Part shown: positions 42,991 through 52,907 of the stretch, piece by piece
Layout: the number at the start of each line of letters is the position of its first letter
Numbering within the stretch: the first letter of the stretch is position 1
From: Escherichia phage vB_ESM-pEJ01
DNA length: 64,000 nucleotides
Sequence record: OP114734.1
Reading direction: 5' to 3' (one strand)
Notes under the pieces: generated by a model
The model's database searches: none
Told to the model about the DNA's origin: nothing
The model's input: the letters and a program-made list of their open reading frames with translations, nothing else
Program-made: the position numbers and the translations under genes

Positions 42991-43761
42991 ATGAATATTA
43001 TCCGAATAAAACTACCGGAAGGTGTGCAGAGATTTAAACCATTCACGGTAAAAGATTATAGAGATTTCCTTCTGGTGTCAACTGAAATTAAGATGAATCC
43101 AGAAGAAGAACAAACGATTCTTGATGAGCTATTAGAAGAAATATATCCAGACGTAGATCCGGCATTTCGTGAATATATTTTCCTGAATGTCTTTACTAGT
43201 TCAATTGGTAAAACTAAGATACCGCTTTGTTTTACTTGCCCGACTTGCAACAAAGAAAGAAGAATGTTGCTTAACTTACAGGTTGAAGCACTAAAACCAA
43301 TCGTTCTAGAGGCCGCAGGGCTTAAAATAACTTTCCGGTATGTTAAACCATCAACCGACTATGCAAAAACGTTTCTGGATGCGATAGAGCGTGTATCTGA
43401 TGGTATTAATGACTATCTATGGACTGAATTGCCGGAAGAAGTTAGAGAACAGGTTATCGATTCAATCTCATTTTCTGAATTTGAAGAAGTTGTTAAGCAG
43501 ATGCACACAATCAAGATCGAACAAAAGATATCTTGTTGTGAGAGTCATGACCTGAAATACATAGGTCTTCTTCCATTATTCAAATTGTTGTTGAATCCAG
43601 ATGAGTTATTCATCTTTTATCGAATAAACCATCTATTGGCAAAATCAAATTATTCTATCAGTGATCTTATGGACATGTTACCCGTCGAGAGAAACATTGC
43701 ACTGACACTGGTCGAGAAAGACGTAAAAGAGGCAAACAATGCAAAGAACGGGGTTTCCTAA
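42991..43761 (+). CDS. 51: baseplate hub assembly protein gp51
   Basis: 256 aa; synteny 26-51-27; Cys pairs CFTCPTC. Confidence 0.75.
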   Translation: MNIIRIKLPEGVQRFKPFTVKDYRDFLLVSTEIKMNPEEEQTILDELLEEIYPDVDPAFREYIFLNVFTSSIGKTKIPLCFTCPTCNKERRMLLNLQVEALKPIVLEAAGLKITFRYVKPSTDYAKTFLDAIERVSDGINDYLWTELPEEVREQVIDSISFSEFEEVVKQMHTIKIEQKISCCESHDLKYIGLLPLFKLLLNPDELFIFYRINHLLAKSNYSISDLMDMLPVERNIALTLVEKDVKEANNAKNGVS

Positions 43762-44848
43762 TGTCTCAATAAAACTTTATCAGGATTATGAGGCATTTCT
43801 AAATCATCGCTTTATAGAATTGGGTGCTACCTTTGTTACAATGACTCTGCGTGATTCGATTCGTGGGGTGAACGAAGGATTGTTGCAATTCTATGATAAT
43901 AAGGCGATGCATACAAAATTAAATGGACGAGAGATCATTCAGATTTCGCTATCCACTGCTAATACAGATGAAGTGTTTAACCGAATCTATGGGATCTCTC
44001 ATAGTAATGTAACGATTGACCAAAAATCTGACAACATTTTAACATTCCAGTTAAAGAGCTATCACGAAACACTAAACCTTAAATTTTCTCGCTCATTAAC
44101 AAATAACGCTGTTAATAACGTAACTAGCATGATCGATGCCATCTATAAGGAAGTTCCTTTATGGAAACCTACTATAAAGGGTGATAACGTTGTTATTCCT
44201 CGTTGTCCGTGGGTTAGTACCATAAATGACTATATGGATTTTGTTAGGGTATACGGGCAAAGCGTAGAAACCGAGTCTTTCGTGTATTGCTGGGAAGATT
44301 TTGATGGTATAACGATCGCTGGACACGATACAATATTAAAAAATGAGCCAATACCAGCTATAATCTGTGAGCCTAGACTCATGGGGCAATTTATTGATAT
44401 GTCGCCTAATCTGATGGTTTTTAATTTCGAGTGGCAGACTAAGAGCAATGCTAAAGTTAAAAATTCATTTAGCAATGTGACATACACAACTATTGATTTT
44501 GTTACTAAGCAGTATAATAAAATTGTTGTTGGTAATGGGGATAATATTGCACACTTTGCTCATGGTGGCGCTTATGGTAATTTAACTTATAAGAATGCGT
44601 TTTTGGAAGGTTCTAAACTTGCCACAATAGAACAATATGATTCATATGCTACCGCCGTGTGTCACGGTAATTTTTCGTTGCGCCCTGGTATGGTTATTCG
44701 ATTCTTTGATGAGAAGCAACAAGCACGCAATGATTTTATTGTTGACGAAGTGGTGCATGAAATTAGCCGAGAGCAATCATTAACTCACCTGTATATGATC
44801 GGTAACAGCGAAGAATTACAGGAAGTCAAATTTGAAGGTAAGATATAA
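43739..44848 (+). CDS. 27: baseplate hub protein gp27
   Basis: 369 aa; synteny 51-27-28-29. Confidence 0.8.
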   Translation: MQRTGFPNVSIKLYQDYEAFLNHRFIELGATFVTMTLRDSIRGVNEGLLQFYDNKAMHTKLNGREIIQISLSTANTDEVFNRIYGISHSNVTIDQKSDNILTFQLKSYHETLNLKFSRSLTNNAVNNVTSMIDAIYKEVPLWKPTIKGDNVVIPRCPWVSTINDYMDFVRVYGQSVETESFVYCWEDFDGITIAGHDTILKNEPIPAIICEPRLMGQFIDMSPNLMVFNFEWQTKSNAKVKNSFSNVTYTTIDFVTKQYNKIVVGNGDNIAHFAHGGAYGNLTYKNAFLEGSKLATIEQYDSYATAVCHGNFSLRPGMVIRFFDEKQQARNDFIVDEVVHEISREQSLTHLYMIGNSEELQEVKFEGKI

Positions 44849-45366
44849 TGACAGAAACTAAACCTATGTTAAAATTTGTTGTTCCTGTAAAAAAATTAGA
44901 GATAAACGGGAAACATATCAAGATCCCAAAAATGGGGATTAAGCAACATCGATTATTAAAAGATGTTCGTAGCTGTGATGAAACATTAAAGATTCTTCTT
45001 GATTCAATCTGTCCTGGGTTAAACGCTGCCGAGTCTGAATTGGTTATGCTTAACCTTTGTGCGTTTAATGGTAAGTGTCTGGAAGAAAAAGATGGTCTTA
45101 AGCTGTCTGATGTGTATATTTGTACAGAGACTGAATTTACTTTAAATGGTAAAGTCTTTAAATTTAAAAATCCAATGTATACTTCTGACCCCATTATCGA
45201 TGACGCTGATTTCTTGAGTCATCATTATCACGATCCTAGCGTAGACTTCCATGATTTCCCAGCTTTTATTATGGATTGGGCTACAGGATTAAGAAAAACT
45301 ATTGCACTGGATACACCGGAAGGTACTATCTATGGTGGAATTAACATATTGGATCGCCTATCATGA
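44848..45366 (+). CDS. 28: baseplate hub distal subunit gp28
   Basis: 172 aa; synteny. Confidence 0.75.
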   Translation: MTETKPMLKFVVPVKKLEINGKHIKIPKMGIKQHRLLKDVRSCDETLKILLDSICPGLNAAESELVMLNLCAFNGKCLEEKDGLKLSDVYICTETEFTLNGKVFKFKNPMYTSDPIIDDADFLSHHYHDPSVDFHDFPAFIMDWATGLRKTIALDTPEGTIYGGINILDRLS

Positions 45367-47096
45367 ATGACGCATTAACATCATTTCGCGGGATGCGCAA
45401 GGAAGCGGAAGAAAACCCGATTGATAAACTTAACAAATTAGATAAACTTGATTCTATTGATAATTTGCAAGCCGCTACCGAATTGGTGGCGGAGACAGTA
45501 GAACAAAAATCTAATGAAGTTGTTGGTGCGGTAGAGGATAACACCGCAGCCAATGAATTGACGGCAGAGAATACCCAATCTACCGCTGGTAATACCCAAA
45601 AAACTTATGAAGAATTGCAAAAACTCAATAATTTCTCTTCTCAGATGAATGAGAAATTACGTGGTTTTGGTGTTATGATGGAACGTAGATTTGGTGTTGT
45701 CAGTAAAATGGCTAGCGGTATTGGTGCGATTGAAGAAGCACTGAAAAAACCGGAACAGCCGCAAACAATGCCATCACCTCAGCCAGTTTTGCCTACTGTA
45801 CCGGAACAGCCTAATAATGACAACTATCAAGGTCTTCCAAAGAAAAAACCAGATGTTGAGGAACGGAAGAAAAAGAACGCCACAGATAAGCGTAATGCCG
45901 ATTCTATGGAAAATCTTCTTAAAGTTGTTCGTGGAGGATTTAAAGAAACCATAGGTATCTCTAATAAGGTCTTAGGGATGTTATTTAAGATCACCTTGAC
46001 CGCTATGGCAGAAGCCGCAAAATGGGGCGCTATTTTGATGGGTATTGTTTTTGCCATCGACACCCTTATGATTCATTTCAGATATTGGAGTGATTTATTC
46101 GAAACAAAATTTGATGAATTTATGGATAAGGCCGGAGAATGGGCTGGACCAATTAGCGATATCTTAACCACGATTCGTCAAGTTCGAGATTATTGGTCTA
46201 AAGGCGAATATGGAGAATTAATTAAATCTCTTGTTATGGGTATTGGTGATGCATTCTATAAAACCTTTATCCAACTTGATCGAATTATCACTACTGGTAT
46301 TGCTAAAATTCTTCGCATGATCCCCGGTATGGGTGATTATGCCGATAAGTTAGAATACGGTGCTTTAAAGTCTGCTGTTGCTAAAGGCTATAAGCCAAAT
46401 GAAAGAGAACTTGAATTAATGGATAAGGTCGAGTCTGAACACGAAGAAGACAAATATGGAGAGCGCACAGGATGGACAGGAAAAGCCCGTGATATTGGCG
46501 AAGCTATTGGGGATTCTATTAAGGATAAAGTTAACGAAGGTCTTGTTAGTCTGGGCTGGAGAGATCAAAAGGATGTTGACGCAGAGAAACGACAAGAAGA
46601 ATTAAAACGCGGGGAATACAAGTCTGTTTCTGCTGAACAACGATCTGCTAGTCGTAAACTTAAAATTAAAAGTGAGGGAGCGATCAATAATATTAATGAA
46701 GTTATGGAGAATTTGAGCGGTGACTATGACAAAGAAAGAATGGGAGAGTTGAAAAAGGATATTGATGTTTACCGTGAGCAAGTTCAAGATCCTACATTAG
46801 TTGAAAGTGATCGTTCTCAGTTAGAGCGTCTTATTGAAAAATTTGATGAGATGTATGCTGATAAAACTAAGGGTGTGGTTCCAACTAATCCTGTTCCTGC
46901 AACTGAAACGGAAACAGCAAAACAAGCGGAACGTACTGAACAAATGCAGAAACAAGCTGCAATCCAGCAACAAACGACAAATCAGACCTCAAACGTAAAT
47001 AATACACAAATTGTAACAAACAATAGAACTATTAAACAGGGTGCACCAACAACTAGAATTGATGCTCCCGGTACAATTAATATGGGGAACTTTTAA
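45363..47096 (+). CDS. 29: tail tape-measure / baseplate hub protein gp29
   Basis: 577 aa (T4 gp29 about 590 aa), coiled-coil rich; synteny. Confidence 0.8.
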   Translation: MNDALTSFRGMRKEAEENPIDKLNKLDKLDSIDNLQAATELVAETVEQKSNEVVGAVEDNTAANELTAENTQSTAGNTQKTYEELQKLNNFSSQMNEKLRGFGVMMERRFGVVSKMASGIGAIEEALKKPEQPQTMPSPQPVLPTVPEQPNNDNYQGLPKKKPDVEERKKKNATDKRNADSMENLLKVVRGGFKETIGISNKVLGMLFKITLTAMAEAAKWGAILMGIVFAIDTLMIHFRYWSDLFETKFDEFMDKAGEWAGPISDILTTIRQVRDYWSKGEYGELIKSLVMGIGDAFYKTFIQLDRIITTGIAKILRMIPGMGDYADKLEYGALKSAVAKGYKPNERELELMDKVESEHEEDKYGERTGWTGKARDIGEAIGDSIKDKVNEGLVSLGWRDQKDVDAEKRQEELKRGEYKSVSAEQRSASRKLKIKSEGAINNINEVMENLSGDYDKERMGELKKDIDVYREQVQDPTLVESDRSQLERLIEKFDEMYADKTKGVVPTNPVPATETETAKQAERTEQMQKQAAIQQQTTNQTSNVNNTQIVTNNRTIKQGAPTTRIDAPGTINMGNF

Positions 47097-48154
47097 TGAA
47101 AATTAGTGTTATCAATGATGCCGTTGATAGCTTTAAAGCGGGGGTTAAAACCTCCGCTGGTTTTACCTCAAAAAATAAAGGGAAAACATTAACCGCTCAA
47201 TTCCCCGCTGAACGTGCTAGCGGTAATGATGCTAGCGGTTATTATATCAACGACTTATATAATAATGGTCTGTTATTCACTGCATACGATTATACATCTC
47301 GTACTACTGGTTCGTTGCGTGATTTCAGGAAAAAGAAAAATGTTGCTAGCGGTTTTGGTGGTAGCGTTAATATCGCTGGTTTTGATTTAAATTTGGGTGG
47401 GAGAAATGCTGCATTTGACCGAGAGGCAATTGCTAATATTCTTCTTCCTCGTAGTCAATCTGACGTTGACGCTGCTAGCCATAAGTTTAATGATGTTGGT
47501 GAATCTGTTATTTCTCGCGGTGGTGGTACTTTAGGCGGTGCTCTTTCTAATATGGCATCTACTGCCGTTTTTGGTGGTATCGAAAGTATTACTGGTGGAT
47601 ACCTTGCCGATCACGGTGAACAGATTTATAATACTGCGCGAAGCATGTATGCTGGTGCTGACGCACGAACTAAAAACTACGTATGGCATCTAACCCCACG
47701 TAGTATTGAAGACCTTCGCAATATTCTGATCATATACGAAACGTTTTTAGAGTTGTCTTATGGGTCTAGTGGTATTTCCAGCACCGCAAAAGAATTAAAA
47801 GCGGAAGTTGATGCGTGGTATAAAAATACACTATTGAGAAAATCCACCCCAGAGGAAGCGAAGAGAAATGATACTCTGTTTGAAGGGATCACCGATTTTC
47901 TATCAAACGCAATTACTGTATCTAACCCGACAATATGGATGATCTCTAACTTCGGCAAGCGTACATCGTTTGAAGGGCGTAGCGATGCATTTGGTCCCGC
48001 TCAGATCTCAAGTGTACGTCTGGACAAGTCGCCTGATGGTAAGTTTAATGGCCTTGCTATTTCTCCTAACTTGCCCAGTACATTTGTTCTGGAAGTATCA
48101 TTTAGAGAGATCTTGACACTTTCCCGTGGTACTATATTTGGGAGTGTGGTATAA
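47096..48154 (+). CDS. 48: baseplate-tail tube junction protein gp48
   Basis: 352 aa; synteny 29-48-54. Confidence 0.8.
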   Translation: MKISVINDAVDSFKAGVKTSAGFTSKNKGKTLTAQFPAERASGNDASGYYINDLYNNGLLFTAYDYTSRTTGSLRDFRKKKNVASGFGGSVNIAGFDLNLGGRNAAFDREAIANILLPRSQSDVDAASHKFNDVGESVISRGGGTLGGALSNMASTAVFGGIESITGGYLADHGEQIYNTARSMYAGADARTKNYVWHLTPRSIEDLRNILIIYETFLELSYGSSGISSTAKELKAEVDAWYKNTLLRKSTPEEAKRNDTLFEGITDFLSNAITVSNPTIWMISNFGKRTSFEGRSDAFGPAQISSVRLDKSPDGKFNGLAISPNLPSTFVLEVSFREILTLSRGTIFGSVV

Positions 48155-49086
48155 TGTTTGATTTAAATGATTTTAACGAACAAGCCGCTAACCTTGACTT
48201 TCAGCGATCTAACTTATTCAGCGTGGCATTTGCCACCACTCCAAGTAATAAGACACAAGCGATCCTAGAAAGTATGGGCGGTGCGGTATATGATATTATA
48301 CCAAATGCATTAAATGACTATTTCGGGATTACTCGTGGTGATTATACTGACGCATTAACAAATCTTGCTGTACAGGGTGTTAGGCGTGCTGTTGATTCAT
48401 CCGGTGTCAAAAAGTATCTTTTAGGTGCAATGTCATCCCGCGTAGTTCAATCTCTTCTGGGGCAATTTGATGTTGGTACATATGCGCTTGACTGGTTCAA
48501 TATGGCATATAAGACAAGCGGTCTTCTGGTGTATGCTGTTAAGGTTCCAGAAAACAGATTGAATTATGAAATGGACCGTAACCACAATGCGCCAAACATT
48601 CGAATTACCGGACGTGATTTTGATCCGCTTGTATTGAGCTTTAGAATGGACTCCAGCGCATCAAACTATAGAGCAATGCAGGATTGGGTTAACTCAGTAG
48701 AAGACCCCGTTACAGGGCTTCGTGCGCTTCCTGTTGACGTTGAAGCAGATATTCAGGTTAACTTACATAACCGAATGGGAGTTCCTCACACGATCATGAT
48801 GTTTAATGGTTGTGTTCCTGTTGGTGTGAGTGCACCGGAATTAACCTATGAAAATAACAACGAAATTACAACATTCGATGTTACTTTTGCGTATAGGACT
48901 ATGCAAACTGGTGCTGTAGGAGAGCAAGCCGCTCGAGAATGGATTGAGGATAAGGCAATAAACGCAATAACAAACACTTTCGGCAATAATTTACTTGATA
49001 GTGGGTTATCTGCTGCTGGTAATGCTTTATCGCGTCTAAATGGCGTTGGTGGACGTGTGGTGAATACTGTCACTAACTGGTTCTGA
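48154..49086 (+). CDS. 54: tail tube initiator protein gp54
   Basis: 310 aa; synteny; shares the FEVTFA motif family with gp19 and gp48. Confidence 0.8.
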   Translation: MFDLNDFNEQAANLDFQRSNLFSVAFATTPSNKTQAILESMGGAVYDIIPNALNDYFGITRGDYTDALTNLAVQGVRRAVDSSGVKKYLLGAMSSRVVQSLLGQFDVGTYALDWFNMAYKTSGLLVYAVKVPENRLNYEMDRNHNAPNIRITGRDFDPLVLSFRMDSSASNYRAMQDWVNSVEDPVTGLRALPVDVEADIQVNLHNRMGVPHTIMMFNGCVPVGVSAPELTYENNNEITTFDVTFAYRTMQTGAVGEQAAREWIEDKAINAITNTFGNNLLDSGLSAAGNALSRLNGVGGRVVNTVTNWF

Positions 49087-49092
49087 TAAACG

Positions 49093-49120
49093 AAAGGCGG
49101 GGATAATCCCCGCCTTTTTA
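49093..49120. terminator. bidirectional terminator between gene 54 and the convergent lipoprotein gene
   Basis: hairpin AGGCGGGG-ATAAT-CCCCGCCT flanked by A-run and T-run. Confidence 0.65.
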
Positions 49121-49603
49121 TTTTGCTAAATCATTGCAATATTTTAGTGCCTTAGTTTGAAATTCTGAGCTGTTAAGTTCTTCATAACGGTCATAATCAC
49201 CGTTTAATGCTGCCTTTCTTGCTTCTTGCTCTATCTGCATGTCAGACATGATAATACAGCGATCCCGCGCTTTCATCTTCTCAAGTTGTATAGACTCTTC
49301 TTTCTGCTTGCGCAATTCTTCTTGACGCTTCTTTTCTTCTTGTGCTTTCTCTTCCCGCGCTTCTTTGATTGCCTCCTTGAACATCTGCGTTTGTGGTGCT
49401 AAACCAACTTTAACTCGATCTACGTCTCGACGTTCCATTTTAGAAATAAAGCATGATTCGATCTGATCATCACTTGCATATGCTGCTTTACATTCACGAA
49501 GCAAGAAAACCGGATCTGATTTAGCATTCATCATAGCTTCCATGTTGGCACAACCAGTAAGCATGAATGCAGCCGCAAGACCAATCAGTTTAATCATTTT
49601 CAT
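49118..49603 (-). CDS. putative lipoprotein
   Basis: N-terminal signal peptide with lipobox LTGC (MKMIKLIGLAAAFMLTGC); charged coiled-coil middle region. Confidence 0.6.
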   Translation of the reverse strand: MKMIKLIGLAAAFMLTGCANMEAMMNAKSDPVFLLRECKAAYASDDQIESCFISKMERRDVDRVKVGLAPQTQMFKEAIKEAREEKAQEEKKRQEELRKQKEESIQLEKMKARDRCIIMSDMQIEQEARKAALNGDYDRYEELNSSEFQTKALKYCNDLAK

Positions 49604-50424
49604 TTAGTCACCTCACCGAAAATTGTAAATTGTCTACGATTCTCATCGCCGAAAGATTCTACTACGTCGTTTACCTTGACGCAAGTCCCTCGCGGTAAAA
49701 TTACTTCACATTCGCAAGGGTTCCATGCAATTGACCCAACAACAAAACCTTTATGATCTTTTACGTCAATTACCCATGATACATTACAAGAATGTTGCAT
49801 CTTTCCGGTCATTGATTCATATCGATTCTCACAATAAAGGCTAGTGCTGTTTGATAGCCATCCTCCAAAGATGATCGGTGTCATGCTGGTAGATACAAAG
49901 TTTTTAAAGGTAAACTCCTTATCTTCAATGATACGCTCTATTGTCTGAATGTCAAGATGTTGACCTCGATAAAGAGTACCGTTTAACTTTTCGGTTTTAT
50001 CCATGACACAATCCATCAAATCAACAATCTCTGATATCTCATCGGTCATGTCTTCTTCCCCTAAGAGAGCACCATTTACCCATTCGTATTGTTCAGACAC
50101 ATAATCACAGATTGCATTATATTCTGCTGGGGTTATGTTGTTATGTTTGTAATGTTTGAATACATTATCTCCAAAGTCTTCGGAGTGTACTTCATACATC
50201 ACATTAATGATTTTCTTGACAAATCCATAATCTTGTGTCTCGCGCTCAAGGAAGCGGATAACCTTCACATAATCATCAAAGTTAATCTGATCGCTGATCA
50301 TCTCAGTGATCATGTAACCATTAATCCCCTCAATGTCATATGTTTCGATGTAATTATCCATACGTTCCATCATTGATTCGCGTGATTCTTCTGAAAGACG
50401 AAAATCCTGTAATTTCTTGAACAT
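49600..50424 (-). CDS. Alt-like ADP-ribosyltransferase paralog (short form)
   Basis: R-S-E triad: LYRGQ, FVSTS, CECEVILPRG; aligns with the C-terminal domain of the adjacent 683-aa Alt (YRG, KNYVSTS, IFGGW, ECEILLPRG). Confidence 0.7.
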   Translation of the reverse strand: MFKKLQDFRLSEESRESMMERMDNYIETYDIEGINGYMITEMISDQINFDDYVKVIRFLERETQDYGFVKKIINVMYEVHSEDFGDNVFKHYKHNNITPAEYNAICDYVSEQYEWVNGALLGEEDMTDEISEIVDLMDCVMDKTEKLNGTLYRGQHLDIQTIERIIEDKEFTFKNFVSTSMTPIIFGGWLSNSTSLYCENRYESMTGKMQHSCNVSWVIDVKDHKGFVVGSIAWNPCECEVILPRGTCVKVNDVVESFGDENRRQFTIFGEVTK

Positions 50425-50440
50425 TTTAAACCTCCCATAT

Positions 50441-50476
50441 AACAGAAAACGGGGCTAGTATAAAACTAGTCCCCGT
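50441..50476 (-). terminator. hairpin terminator after alt
   Basis: - strand hairpin ACGGGGACTAGT/ACTAGCCCCGT followed by UUUUCUGUU. Confidence 0.55.
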
Positions 50477-50485
50477 TTGAGTCAA
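50457..50485 (-). promoter_or_regulatory. putative promoter TTGACT-N17-TATACT overlapping the hairpin, upstream of the Alt-like gene
   Basis: same architecture as the PeSL-like units at 52-60 kb. Confidence 0.45.
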
Positions 50486-50502
50486 CCATTATTTCTTAAA
50501 AA

Positions 50503-52554
50503 TTACATTTTAAATTTATCTGGCATTGCGTCTACAGATACCAGATCAGCGATAAGCTGACGTAGAGTTGCCTTATCTGCTTTCTTACGTTCGGTTTTAG
50601 CTTCGCTAATGAAGCTGGAGAAAGACAGGTCAGAAGCAGGTTTAATAACACCTTCACGGATGAATGCATCACCGTCCGCGATCATCTCGCCAGATTCTTG
50701 TAATGCTGCCAGTTCATTTTTGTTCATAATATGTGCCTCAATGTAATAAGTTTCTTGTGAATCAGTCGATGCCGTGGCACTAGTTACCGTATCAAAGGAT
50801 AACACAACACCGCGAGGAAGTAAAATCTCGCATTCTTTGTAAGCAAATGCTTTGTTACCTACTGGCAATACAGGGATGTTTTCCGCGCCAGCAATGGAGA
50901 AAGCAACATTAGCGCCACCTTCACCGCGAGAGCCAGCCATAGAATCAACACCAGCAACGGCACTAGCCACGTTTGCATTCCAGCCGCCAAAAATGTTAGG
51001 TGCAAGGGAAGTGCTCACATAGTTTTTAAAGTAAAACGCTTTTTGCTTACGTGCAGTTTCCCACATTTGCGACCGGAAGTCCATACCACGATACAGAATA
51101 GTACCCGGATCAAGTTTAACGCCATAGTTGGAGAAGGCATTATCCAGTGCATCGCACATCTTGACCAATTCTTCTGGATCTGCGATGCCTTCAAACTCTT
51201 CCAGCTTACGGTCGGTTAGGAAGTTGTTCATATTGATGTATGCTGCATCGGCATATTCGCTCAACACAAAACCTTCCGCGCCTGGCAGATCAAGATCAAT
51301 ATCTGCCATCATTTCACCCATGTTGCTAGCAATTGCTTCAAACATACCGGACGCAACATTACGTAGGGCATCGGTTTTAATCTGGGTGATATGACTACGC
51401 AGCATTTCAGCTTTTACATCTGCTGGCATAGACTGGTCTACTCGATCCATTGCCAGGGCGGTGATCTTGTTTTCGAATACTTCCTCGCTCATGATTTCTT
51501 TTAAGCGTTTGACCGAGGCTGCGATAACTTCCGCAGACAACGGATCATATTGATCCTGAACTTTTACCAGTTCGCTTACTGCGTATTTTGCATCGGCTTC
51601 GCTTTCAAAAATAGTACGCATGAAACCATAGCGAGTGATAATATCACTTGTCCAGTCATTCAGAGAACGGGCGGTTGAACGTTCTAAGGCTTGACGGTCA
51701 ATCAGAGTATTAAACTGTTTCTTAGGTTCGGCTTCGGTGATATCTTCTTCCGGTTTAAGATTAATTTTTTCTGGATGATTCACATAGTCGCTGTTATAGG
51801 TCGCTTGAGTTTTCAGCATTTCTTCTTTAGTCAAACGAGATTTAGCCGCTACGCGTTGTTCCGCTTCCGCGTTTCGTTCTTCTTCTGACACAAGACTAGC
51901 CGCATACGCTTCATCTTTAGTCAGAGATTCACCGGTAGCCTTAGATACCCAGCGATCACCTAAATCACTTTCTACTTTAGTGAACAGGGAATCATCAAGT
52001 TTAATCCCTTTAATCTTATCAATCGCCATACCGCGACGCTTGACAACAACTAAAGCGATCTTTTTGCTGGTCATTACTTCCTGCTGGAATACTTCAAACT
52101 TCGGTGTACGACGCACCAAACGCTCTATAACGCGCTTAACCAGTTCGGTCTTACCTTTCATGCGGGATACGTTAAAACGGAACATAACAGCGTCTAATTG
52201 CGCTTTACGGGCTGTTTCCATAACCACATCAAAAGCACTTGCCATAACTGCAATCGGGTTATCACCTAGACCATTTTTAAGCTGTACAATACGACCGCTT
52301 TTGTTCATTTCGCACAGTACAACATGTGCGGTCTTGTCACCCATACGAATGATTTTAGGTGTTTTGTTGGTGAAGTTACAAAGACGGACAATCACATCTT
52401 TATCGCGTGTCTGTACTGCAAAAAGCTGTTTAGGATTCTGCTTAGGCTTTAAGCACTGTACCGGGGCAATACTACCAAAGTTTTCTTCCTCTTCCGTCAA
52501 CAGCCATTTCTCGAAAGATTCAATCATTAGATCGTCGATTTCTAAGTTAAACAT
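50503..52554 (-). CDS. alt: ADP-ribosyltransferase Alt
   Basis: 683 aa (T4 Alt 682 aa); C-terminal ART domain with ILYRG, YVSTS, ECEILLPRG; position between gene 54 and gene 30. Confidence 0.8.
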   Translation of the reverse strand: MFNLEIDDLMIESFEKWLLTEEEENFGSIAPVQCLKPKQNPKQLFAVQTRDKDVIVRLCNFTNKTPKIIRMGDKTAHVVLCEMNKSGRIVQLKNGLGDNPIAVMASAFDVVMETARKAQLDAVMFRFNVSRMKGKTELVKRVIERLVRRTPKFEVFQQEVMTSKKIALVVVKRRGMAIDKIKGIKLDDSLFTKVESDLGDRWVSKATGESLTKDEAYAASLVSEEERNAEAEQRVAAKSRLTKEEMLKTQATYNSDYVNHPEKINLKPEEDITEAEPKKQFNTLIDRQALERSTARSLNDWTSDIITRYGFMRTIFESEADAKYAVSELVKVQDQYDPLSAEVIAASVKRLKEIMSEEVFENKITALAMDRVDQSMPADVKAEMLRSHITQIKTDALRNVASGMFEAIASNMGEMMADIDLDLPGAEGFVLSEYADAAYINMNNFLTDRKLEEFEGIADPEELVKMCDALDNAFSNYGVKLDPGTILYRGMDFRSQMWETARKQKAFYFKNYVSTSLAPNIFGGWNANVASAVAGVDSMAGSRGEGGANVAFSIAGAENIPVLPVGNKAFAYKECEILLPRGVVLSFDTVTSATASTDSQETYYIEAHIMNKNELAALQESGEMIADGDAFIREGVIKPASDLSFSSFISEAKTERKKADKATLRQLIADLVSVDAMPDKFKM

Positions 52555-52597
52555 TTTATATCCTCTAGTTGATAACCTATAAACCTATATTTATGAA

Positions 52598-52620
52598 AAG
52601 GGGGCTTAACGCCCCCCTTT
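52598..52620 (-). terminator. hairpin terminator upstream of alt
   Basis: - strand hairpin GGGGGGCGUUAAGCCCCC followed by UUUU. Confidence 0.6.
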
Positions 52621-52621
52621 A

Positions 52622-52834
52622 TTATAATGCACCATCGAGCAATTGCTCTAATGTGTATCCTGAATAGTCTTTTTCAATCAGGATATATTTTCCTACTCGT
52701 TTAATACAACCGCGCATTTCAACGTATTCTGCGTAGTTGATGGTGCGAGTTGTTCCATCTTCTAGCAAAGCAGTACCGATTTCGTTAATGCGGTCATAAG
52801 TTACGTCGGTAATGATGATTTCGATGTTAGCCAT
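52622..52834 (-). CDS. hypothetical protein (70 aa)
   Basis: start moved to ATG at 52834 (RBS AAGGAG); N-terminus MANIE identical to the ORF at 54721. Confidence 0.55.
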   Translation of the reverse strand: MANIEIIITDVTYDRINEIGTALLEDGTTRTINYAEYVEMRGCIKRVGKYILIEKDYSGYTLEQLLDGAL

Positions 52835-52870
52835 TTGATACTCCTTAGTAGTTCGTTTCGGTATGTGTGC

Positions 52871-52900
52871 ATTATAGGGGATCACCGATCCCCCTGTCAA
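52871..52900 (-). promoter_or_regulatory. PeSL-like early promoter unit 1 (TTGACA-N18-TATAAT, palindromic spacer)
   Basis: - strand -35 at 52895-52900, -10 at 52871-52876; spacer GGGGATC...GATCCCC. Confidence 0.6.
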
Positions 52901-52907
52901 CAACTTT

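Noticed and set aside
52590-52597. Late promoter for alt (CATAAATA on the - strand)
   Set aside because: Only 7 of 8 positions match TATAAATA and the first T is missing; not reported as a feature without transcript evidence.
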